Shown piece by piece: positions 36,072-42,699 of a DNA stretch of 42,699 nucleotides. Numbering within the stretch: position 1 is the stretch's first letter; each line of letters starts with the position of its first letter. The translations under genes were made by a program, and so were the position numbers. Under the pieces are notes generated by a model. It did no database searches. It was given only the letters and a program-made list of their open reading frames with translations, and was not told the DNA's origin. This DNA comes from a virus (taxonomy: Duplodnaviria > Caudoviricetes), in the IMG/VR virus record IMGVR_UViG_3300045557_000080, positions 1-42,699 of that record. One strand, 5' to 3'.

Positions 36072-36806
36072 GTGATTCGTATTTTGAGCGAGTTAAAAAC
36101 AAGGCTTCGCATTTTGCGCGAAAACAAAAAGCTCACTCGAAAAGAATTGAGCGAGCTTACAAAAGCGTCAGCTGATCAAATTTACAATTGGGAAACAGGT
36201 CGAGGCGAACCGGACGCAGCTACGCTCTCCCTTCTCGCCGACTATTTTGGCGTCACCACCGACTACCTTCTCGGTCGCGTCGCCTCCCCCACCGACCAAC
36301 TTGTCCCCGTACGCCCCATTACCTCTGCCGACCTCATAGGCGAGTTTATCGGCGACACCAGCGGGCTTGTTTTCCCAACCGCCCCCATTACTTCTGATTC
36401 AATCGGTGATGTCTGGAAAGTTCCCGAACAACTTTACTTGCCAATCATCGGCGTTGTCCGTGCCGGCCCTGGCGGAATAGCTTTTGAAGAACCGCTCGGC
36501 TACGCAACGGTCGATAAAGACGCCGTTCCTAATGGTAGCCGTTATTTTTACTTGCGCGTAAAAGGCGAATCGATGTCACCAGAAATCATGCCTGGCGATC
36601 TTGCATTAGTTCGCGAGCAGCCGGAAGTTGAATATGGCGAGCTCGCCGTTGTGATCGTTGATGGTGAAGAAGGGACCATTAAGCGGGTGTTTCCAAAGAA
36701 CGGCGAAGTATTCTTGCAAGCCACCAATCCCAGCTATAACCGCACAGAAAAAGCCGACAACGTTAAAATTGTCGGCAAGGTTAAACAGACAGTAAGAAAA
36801 TATTAG
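36072..36806 (+). CDS. CI-like repressor with S24 (LexA-type) autopeptidase
   Basis: XRE HTH; cleavage site VRAG; catalytic Ser in VKGESM; catalytic Lys in GTIKR. Confidence 0.95.
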   Translation: MIRILSELKTRLRILRENKKLTRKELSELTKASADQIYNWETGRGEPDAATLSLLADYFGVTTDYLLGRVASPTDQLVPVRPITSADLIGEFIGDTSGLVFPTAPITSDSIGDVWKVPEQLYLPIIGVVRAGPGGIAFEEPLGYATVDKDAVPNGSRYFYLRVKGESMSPEIMPGDLALVREQPEVEYGELAVVIVDGEEGTIKRVFPKNGEVFLQATNPSYNRTEKADNVKIVGKVKQTVRKY

Positions 36807-36870
36807 CTGATGATGTTCAGACGGATAAAACAAAAACCGCCCGAAGGCGGCTTGGATAAGGACTGAATAG

Positions 36871-37233
36871 ATGAAACGCGTCGGCAGTTTTGCCATAGAA
36901 GTAATTGACCTACTCGGCTTGTCCATCGCGCCAGGCACACCGATATTTATCGGACAAACTAACATCAATCATATGAAAGAAAGCCACCCTGTCGATTTCG
37001 ACAAGTATTTCTCTCACCTGGAAGATATTTTGGAAAATCCCGACTGGGTTATTCCCGATCCCGAAGGCGGCGGAATCCAGTTTGTTAAGCAAATAGATGC
37101 CCGCGTTATTGTTGCCGTCAGGGCTTCCGGCGGCGGAGCGTTTTACGCCAGAACAATATTCAGCATGATTCGGCCAAAAATCGACAAATATTCAGCGCGA
37201 GGCCTGTTTATTCGTTATAGGGTAAAGAAATGA
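36871..37233 (+). CDS. PBECR3-like (BECR-fold) RNase/toxin domain protein
   Basis: VIDLLGL...TPIFIG.TNINHMKESHP.DF.KY...EDILENPDWV...IQFVK...VAVR.S...FYARTIF resembles the PBECR3 family as recalled. Confidence 0.75.
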   Translation: MKRVGSFAIEVIDLLGLSIAPGTPIFIGQTNINHMKESHPVDFDKYFSHLEDILENPDWVIPDPEGGGIQFVKQIDARVIVAVRASGGGAFYARTIFSMIRPKIDKYSARGLFIRYRVKK

Positions 37234-37235
37234 CG

Positions 37236-37260
37236 AAAACCCCGGATTTCTCCGGGGCTT
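37236..37260. terminator. bidirectional intrinsic terminator
   Basis: AAAA-CCCCGGA-TTTC-TCCGGGG-CTT between converging PBECR3 gene and ncRNA. Confidence 0.8.
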
Positions 37261-37358
37261 CTCCCAAAACTCCAAGGCAGGGTGACCTTTCCTGCATCTC
37301 CCACCGGCCTAGGCCGTAGCGGCGGCTGCCTGTTCCGCCCTCAGTGGAGTTTCTTGGT
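37236..37358 (-). ncRNA. structured four-way-junction ncRNA convergent to PBECR3 gene
   Basis: Own sigmaA promoter and terminator; closing stem AAACUCCA/UGGAGUUU and three hairpins; no RBS or ORF. Confidence 0.7.
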
Positions 37359-37364
37359 GATTTA

Positions 37365-37393
37365 ATTATACAACAGTCCTTGCCGTGATGCAA
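37365..37393 (-). promoter_or_regulatory. sigmaA/sigma70 promoter for the ncRNA
   Basis: TTGCAT-17 bp-TATAAT. Confidence 0.8.
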
Positions 37394-37510
37394 TGATATC
37401 ACCAAAAACGGCAAACGGGGTACAAGATGTACCCCTCTTAGAACCATATGTACCACCGACGACCGGAGGTGCCCATTGTGTTGTTAATTTACGCAACCAG
37501 AATATCAATC

Positions 37511-37549
37511 AAAAGACACGGCAACCATATTGGTACCGTGTCTTTTTTT
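37511..37549 (+). terminator. intrinsic terminator upstream of BRCT gene
   Basis: AAAAGACACGG...CCGTGTCTTTTTTT. Confidence 0.75.
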
Positions 37550-37587
37550 GTAGTTTTGACGGGATAACAACGTTAGGAGGTAATACA

Positions 37588-38607
37588 ATGAAATGCCCAG
37601 ACTGTGGATTCCCTTTGACTGCAAACCATGTTTGCCGCACTACAAATTACAAAACGTCCCCACCCCTTTCCGAAACAAATCCGCAGTATTCGGCCTATCT
37701 TCGACAATGCGATGCCGGATCGTATCGAAAATATATGCGCAAAGCAGAAATTGACAAGACGCTGCATTCCCTGGAAGGAATCATGAAGGGCATTGCCATC
37801 GACAAATCGGTCAACCAAATAGAAGTTTCCGAGCTTATCGAGTGGTTCAACTGTCATAGCCATATGGCCGACACGCACCCGCTTTCTGAGATCATCCCTG
37901 CTGTTGCGGCGGCCATTGAAGACAAGCATATCGATCAAGACGAAGCGCAAGACATTTTATGGTTATGCAATCAATTTAAAACCGAGAACGAGTATTACAA
38001 TGCGATTACCTCCGACCTGCAGCGCCTTCAAGGAATCCTGCACGGAATTTTGGCTGATAACGTCATCACCAAGGACGAATTGCTCGGCCTCCGCGACTGG
38101 ATGAATCAAAACGAACACCTGGCATGTGCGTATCCATATACCGAAATATCGAGCATTCTTTGCTCGGTATTGGCCGATGGCCTTGTTTCAAGCGAAGAAA
38201 CGCTATTTTTGAAAGCATTCTTCAGCGATTTTGTCAATCAAAATGTTACTAGAAATATCAATTGGGATGAAATCAACAAGGTAAAGAAAGAAATGTCTCT
38301 GATCGGTATCTGCGCATCTTGTCCAGAAATTTTAATTCCAGAGCAATTATTTTGCTTCACGGGAAAATCATCAAAAACATCTCGGGCCGGGTTTGCCGAT
38401 GTTGTCACTTCCCTGGGCGGGCAATTTAATAACAACGTCGTTGAAAGCACCAATTATCTAATCATTGGTAATGAAGGAAATCCTTGTTGGGCGTTTTCCT
38501 GCTACGGTCGTAAAGTTGAAAAGGCCGTAACAATGCGCAAGGCCGGCCACCCTATCCTGTTGATTCACGAAAATGACTTTTGGGATACGGTGTCAGATTT
38601 AAGATAA
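37588..38607 (+). CDS. BRCT domain-containing protein with N-terminal helical (TerB-like) repeats
   Basis: ATG at 37588 after AGGAGG; two 'GI.aD..i...E...L..W' repeats; C-terminal FCFTG...NYLIIG...W....YGRKVEKA BRCT. Confidence 0.85.
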   Translation: MKCPDCGFPLTANHVCRTTNYKTSPPLSETNPQYSAYLRQCDAGSYRKYMRKAEIDKTLHSLEGIMKGIAIDKSVNQIEVSELIEWFNCHSHMADTHPLSEIIPAVAAAIEDKHIDQDEAQDILWLCNQFKTENEYYNAITSDLQRLQGILHGILADNVITKDELLGLRDWMNQNEHLACAYPYTEISSILCSVLADGLVSSEETLFLKAFFSDFVNQNVTRNINWDEINKVKKEMSLIGICASCPEILIPEQLFCFTGKSSKTSRAGFADVVTSLGGQFNNNVVESTNYLIIGNEGNPCWAFSCYGRKVEKAVTMRKAGHPILLIHENDFWDTVSDLR

Positions 38608-38619
38608 CTGGAGGCTCCT

Positions 38620-39018
38620 ATGAGCATCTCAATAGAAGTCACATCCGGCGACTATACGCTGATATCATCAGGTACCCTGCTCACAATCAACGGTGATCCA
38701 GTTCGCATGACGATCATCGCCTTTGACGAACAGCTTGCAGCAGTCGAGCTTATTTTCCATGCTGGCCGCCACCATGAAGGCCGCAGCTTGGTCAGGCATA
38801 TATCTGAAGACGGAACAATTCATCAGTGGCATATATTCGATTCAGCAAATGGCGATTCCGGCCGAACTGTATCCCCTGTTCCCATCTTGAGCTACGAGGA
38901 TGAAGGCATAATGAAATCCATCTATCTGCAGCTGCATACAACCAGACTGCAAGATGATGGACCTATTAAAGTTGAATATACCTGGTGGAGCGGAGTTAAG
39001 TCATCAGGTATTCAATAA
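38620..39018 (+). CDS. hypothetical protein (all-beta)
   Basis: GGAGG RBS, follows BRCT gene. Confidence 0.65.
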   Translation: MSISIEVTSGDYTLISSGTLLTINGDPVRMTIIAFDEQLAAVELIFHAGRHHEGRSLVRHISEDGTIHQWHIFDSANGDSGRTVSPVPILSYEDEGIMKSIYLQLHTTRLQDDGPIKVEYTWWSGVKSSGIQ

Positions 39019-39052
39019 AGCTTGCCCCGTCTAATAAACTGCAGGAGATGAT

Positions 39053-39256
39053 TTGATGGCCAAGCCTCCGAACCACGGAAAAACCTGGACACCCAGTCAA
39101 GAGAAACAACTTAAACAACTTGCCGACCAGAATACCCCAACGCGAGTAATTGGTTTAAAAATGGGAAGGACTCCAGAGGCGATTCAATCAAAAGCCGGCG
39201 ACCTTGGCGTTTCGCTAAAGCCAACTAATCAAAGTCCTTACGGAACAAAAAAATAG
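39053..39256 (+). CDS. small Myb/HTH-like protein
   Basis: GKTWTPSQEKQLKQL...VIGLKMGRTPEAIQSKA. Confidence 0.75.
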   Translation: MMAKPPNHGKTWTPSQEKQLKQLADQNTPTRVIGLKMGRTPEAIQSKAGDLGVSLKPTNQSPYGTKK

Positions 39257-39301
39257 CGGTCATGTAGACGGGGCATCCATTTTTTAAGGGAGGATAGTGC
39301 A

Positions 39302-39598
39302 ATGCTTGAAACTAAAATCATAGAAGCCATTAAAGGAAGACACCCAATCGAATTTGTCTATGATAATAAAAAACGCCTTGCTAATCCATATATTTATGGC
39401 AAAAGCACTGCTCACAATTTTGTAGTAAGTGCATATCAAACTGGTGGAGAAAGCACCAAAAAGCTTCCCGGCTGGCGCCAATTTATGCTTAATAAAATAA
39501 CCAACTTAATTGTGCACTCAGAAATAAAGTTTTCACCAACAGATCCCGAGTACAATCCTCACGACAGGTTATTCGCATCTATTACTGTTCAAATATAG
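39302..39598 (+). CDS. stand-alone WYL-domain-like protein
   Basis: AI....IEFVYD...R.ANPY..G.....V.AYQ..G...PGWRQF.L.KI. Confidence 0.7.
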   Translation: MLETKIIEAIKGRHPIEFVYDNKKRLANPYIYGKSTAHNFVVSAYQTGGESTKKLPGWRQFMLNKITNLIVHSEIKFSPTDPEYNPHDRLFASITVQI

Positions 39599-39647
39599 CG
39601 GTTATCGTAAAATCAGATAATGATTGAAGTAAAAAGGATGTGTAATC

Positions 39648-40379
39648 ATGGCTATCGGTTTTTATTTTGCGTTAATTAATCGTTTCGACCAAGAGTCTCA
39701 CGAAATACCACGCCATGCAGACAACTCTTTTGGAGCCGACGATCCAAAATGTGAATATTCAAGAATGAAACTACTTGACAAAAACGCGGCCATAACCGGA
39801 GAAACATTTACCGTTCCTGCTTATTCCGGGTTGGTAGAAAAAGGTGTTCATAAAAACGGAAGATCCGGACCCCATGTATTTGACTTCTTTTATGAACCGT
39901 TAAAGTTTGTTTTTTATAAGGTTTCTCCTATGAATATTGTTGCTTTTTCAACAGGGAAAGGCCCAGCGCGACAATTTATACGACAATTAAAAAAAGACAG
40001 CACGTCTACGTTAAAACTATCTGAGATTGACATTGATCTTTCAAAAGCAGCAGCAACCATAACAAACATTAGTGGAGCTTGGATTAACGGTCTTCGGTTG
40101 AGCAATCCGTATTTATCTTCAATGGGTGTTTTCGGAACAAAGGTAACCAATAGCGATGAATATCAAAAGGCCATTATTCAAGGCCAAGTCAGTGCAATTA
40201 TTTTTTCTCACTCATTTAACGGCATTAGTCGAACATCTGGGATTTCGAAGCAAGGATCAGTTTTTATTTTTGAAAGAATGAACTCTGCCGCTGGCAGGCC
40301 AAATGCAGCGGCAGAGCTGTCGTTCATGCTCGATATTTATAAGCAATATCTTTTCCCTCTAGCTGTTGCCAGGAGATAG
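39648..40379 (+). CDS. hypothetical protein (low GC accessory)
   Basis: 243-aa ORF with AAGGA RBS. Confidence 0.7.
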   Translation: MAIGFYFALINRFDQESHEIPRHADNSFGADDPKCEYSRMKLLDKNAAITGETFTVPAYSGLVEKGVHKNGRSGPHVFDFFYEPLKFVFYKVSPMNIVAFSTGKGPARQFIRQLKKDSTSTLKLSEIDIDLSKAAATITNISGAWINGLRLSNPYLSSMGVFGTKVTNSDEYQKAIIQGQVSAIIFSHSFNGISRTSGISKQGSVFIFERMNSAAGRPNAAAELSFMLDIYKQYLFPLAVARR

Positions 40380-41087
40380 TGCAAGTATTTTACGCGAAGC
40401 AGACACTAGCTCGGCAAAAGTAACAGTTGCTAATTCAACTGATTCTTTGGTTACGGTAACTTCTTCTGCCTGAACAACAAAACTGACATTAAACTTTTTT
40501 AGGTCACCTGCCGAAACACGCCTTAAATATCCTCCCAAAAAAGGATTATGCCCTAAAAACTTAACATTTAAAAAGAATTTGGCAGAATGGATATCAAGCC
40601 CTCGCTGAAATACTTCGATAATTGGCCCTATAGTTTTTTCAAGAATTGTTTCTGCATTGCTGTATGAAACACGAATATTTGATACATGGATATCGACATC
40701 AGAACCACAAGGATGAATTTCAAACGAAACATCAGAGTAACTGACTAAAATTGTACCATCAGGTAATGAAACAACTTTGTTTCCAGTTCCAGGCAAGTCA
40801 AGAAATCGCTTAACAAAGCTATCACTATCAAATTCTCTGTTTGTATTTATGCGAGCTATGAAATTCCAACTAGTGTCAAGACCGAACATACTACATCGAA
40901 TGCGCTGAAACCACATATAAAACTTTTCACTGTTATCATACAAATATTTAACTCCAGTAAAAACATACCCAAATGAAGCTGTCACAAAAACAACAAGATT
41001 CTTGGGGTCCCAAACGGCAATAGCACCAGCGAAAATGCCAAAAACAACAAGAGCGATTGCGCCAATTTTTGCGTTAAATTTTAGCAT
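40359..41087 (-). CDS. hypothetical protein with two N-terminal TM helices
   Basis: Hydrophobic residues about 8-50; GGTGGTG RBS; convergent overlap with previous gene. Confidence 0.7.
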   Translation of the reverse strand: MLKFNAKIGAIALVVFGIFAGAIAVWDPKNLVVFVTASFGYVFTGVKYLYDNSEKFYMWFQRIRCSMFGLDTSWNFIARINTNREFDSDSFVKRFLDLPGTGNKVVSLPDGTILVSYSDVSFEIHPCGSDVDIHVSNIRVSYSNAETILEKTIGPIIEVFQRGLDIHSAKFFLNVKFLGHNPFLGGYLRRVSAGDLKKFNVSFVVQAEEVTVTKESVELATVTFAELVSASRKILALSPGNS

Positions 41088-41160
41088 TCGATCACCACCC
41101 TATTATATAAATTATCCCACGTTTTATTCCTTACAGTCAAACAATATAGGAGGAAATTTC

Positions 41161-42699
41161 ATGTCCATTGCCGTCTATATGCGCGTATCGACCGAAGACC
41201 AAGCAGAACGTGGCACAATCGAAGCGCAGCGCGACTATGCAGAAAAGTATCTAGACCTGCATGGCGTCACTGCGACATACTATGCCGAGGACGGTTTTAC
41301 CGGCACTCTCCCCCTTTCTGACCGCCCAGTTGGCAAACAGTTGATGGATGACATCGCCGCCGGCAAAATCAAAGAAGTGCTGGTCTATAAAATTGACCGG
41401 TTTGGTCGCAACACCAGAGTGATCCTAAACAGCGTGTACGAGCTGGAACAGGCCGGCGCTGTTATCAAATCGATGACAGAGCCGTTTGATACCAGTACCC
41501 CTACTGGAAGGTTCATGCTGTCGATCATCGCCAGTGCCGCCGCCCTGGATCGCGACAATACGGTTGAACGACTCTGGCACGGAGCCAACCGCTGTGCCAA
41601 AGAAGATGGCCGCTGGCTGGGAGGGATCGTCCCTTACGGCTACCGCAGTGTCGATAAATTCTTGCAGATCGATGAAACCGAAGCCGATGTTGTCCAGATG
41701 ATGTATGAAAAGGTTGCCGGCGGAATGAGCTGTGTGAAGCTCGCGGACTATCTGAATGCCAACAACATCCCTACCGCCTATACTAATGGGCACGGAAAAA
41801 GAAAAATCGGAACATCAGGCATCTGGACTCCTGGAAGGGTCAGGAACCTGCTTGTTTCGACGATTTACTATGGCCAGCACGCTTATGGAAAACGAACAAA
41901 CAAAGAGCGCGAACCGGTCATTCGGGCGATGCCGGCCATCGTATCAAAAGAACTTTGGCAGCAATGTCAGGATCAAATCGCTGAAAACCGCATCATAGAT
42001 CCGCACAACCGAAAGAACGAATACCTGCTTCGCGGTCTGATCAAATGCGGCGAATGCGGTCTTAACTTCTCTGGATGGAATTTCAAAAGCAAACACTATT
42101 ACCGGTGCAATGGCAAATCAAAATATCGCGGGCCGATTGTCGGCACCTGCACTTCCCCTAACCTTCCGATCGCGTTTATCGAGGATAAAGTTTGGGCCAG
42201 GGTCAAAGGGTTCATCGAGAACCCACGCGAAGAAATTGAAAAACTCCGGCCCGATGCAGAAGGAAACCGCAAAAAACTGGCGGCACTAGAAAACGAAAAA
42301 AAGGCCCTGCTGAGTGCAATCACCAGCAAGGCATCTGAGCGGGAAGTTGTTATTGATCTGGCTAGGCGAAAGCTGATTACCCCAGCTGAAGTCGAAACTC
42401 AACTAGAGAAAATGGGCAAAGAAAAAGCCCTACTCGAAAGCAAAGTAGCGGCGCTTAATAAAGAAATATCAGACGTTGAGCTATCCATCACCGATTACTC
42501 CGCCATAGAAGCTCTGGCAGCTCGCAGCAAAGATATGCTCAACACTGCAACATTTGACGAAAAACGGCAGTTAATCAAGTTGTTTGTCTCTTCAATTGAA
42601 GTTTCGAGAAACGCTGATAATACGCCGTGTATCAAAGCTAACTACAAGATAATAGCACCTGACCGCACGGACAAGGATTCATTGCCAGGACCAGCATGA
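41161..42699 (+). CDS. large serine recombinase (integrase)
   Basis: ATG at 41161 after AGGAGG; YMRVSTEDQ catalytic Ser, KIDRFGR, recombinase domain, Zn ribbon CGECG...YYRC, coiled coil. Confidence 0.96.
   Translation: MSIAVYMRVSTEDQAERGTIEAQRDYAEKYLDLHGVTATYYAEDGFTGTLPLSDRPVGKQLMDDIAAGKIKEVLVYKIDRFGRNTRVILNSVYELEQAGAVIKSMTEPFDTSTPTGRFMLSIIASAAALDRDNTVERLWHGANRCAKEDGRWLGGIVPYGYRSVDKFLQIDETEADVVQMMYEKVAGGMSCVKLADYLNANNIPTAYTNGHGKRKIGTSGIWTPGRVRNLLVSTIYYGQHAYGKRTNKEREPVIRAMPAIVSKELWQQCQDQIAENRIIDPHNRKNEYLLRGLIKCGECGLNFSGWNFKSKHYYRCNGKSKYRGPIVGTCTSPNLPIAFIEDKVWARVKGFIENPREEIEKLRPDAEGNRKKLAALENEKKALLSAITSKASEREVVIDLARRKLITPAEVETQLEKMGKEKALLESKVAALNKEISDVELSITDYSAIEALAARSKDMLNTATFDEKRQLIKLFVSSIEVSRNADNTPCIKANYKIIAPDRTDKDSLPGPA
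42661..42699 (-). other. comM: prophage attachment junction inside host comM/yifB gene
   Basis: Minus strand reads MLVLAMNPCPCG, matching the conserved AMNPCPCG motif of ComM/YifB. Confidence 0.7.

Larger units (their letters stand above)
1..42665. mobile_element. temperate prophage, lambda-like head with P2-like contractile tail; left end outside window
   Basis: Full ordered set of lysis, tail, head, replication, control and integrase modules. Confidence 0.95.

Noticed and set aside
36808-36885. Possible hammerhead ribozyme (CTGATGA...stem TGTTCAG/CTGAATA...GAAAC..GTC) between cI and the PBECR3 gene
   Set aside because: Stem II is offset from GAAA, stem III cannot form with a 2-nt loop, and stem I does not pair.
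37393-37587. N-terminal extension of the BRCT ORF (and 41002-41160 for the integrase)
   Set aside because: Strong RBS-ATG at 37588 and 41161; the extensions cross a terminator or overlap another gene.

Overview
Near-complete temperate prophage (myovirus), most likely from a Firmicute such as a Negativicute (host is inferred, not proven). Left to right, mostly on the minus strand: lysis genes (1-1.8 kb), a P2-like contractile tail and baseplate (1.8-14.6 kb), a lambda-like head and packaging module with GpA terminase, portal, fused protease-capsid and a lambda-like cos site (14.6-21.1 kb), then late activator, replication and early genes (21.6-31.9 kb). The control region (32.6-36.8 kb) holds three stacked divergent switches, each with its own operator set. 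A lysogenic accessory block (36.9-41.1 kb) is followed by a large serine integrase whose 3' end reads into the interrupted host comM/yifB gene. The most notable unexplained elements are a PBECR3-like RNase gene facing a convergent, independently promoted four-way-junction ncRNA, a tRNA-like RNA with a long structured insert in place of the anticodon loop, and another structured intergenic RNA in the early operon. All family calls come from motif recognition by eye; no database search was run.
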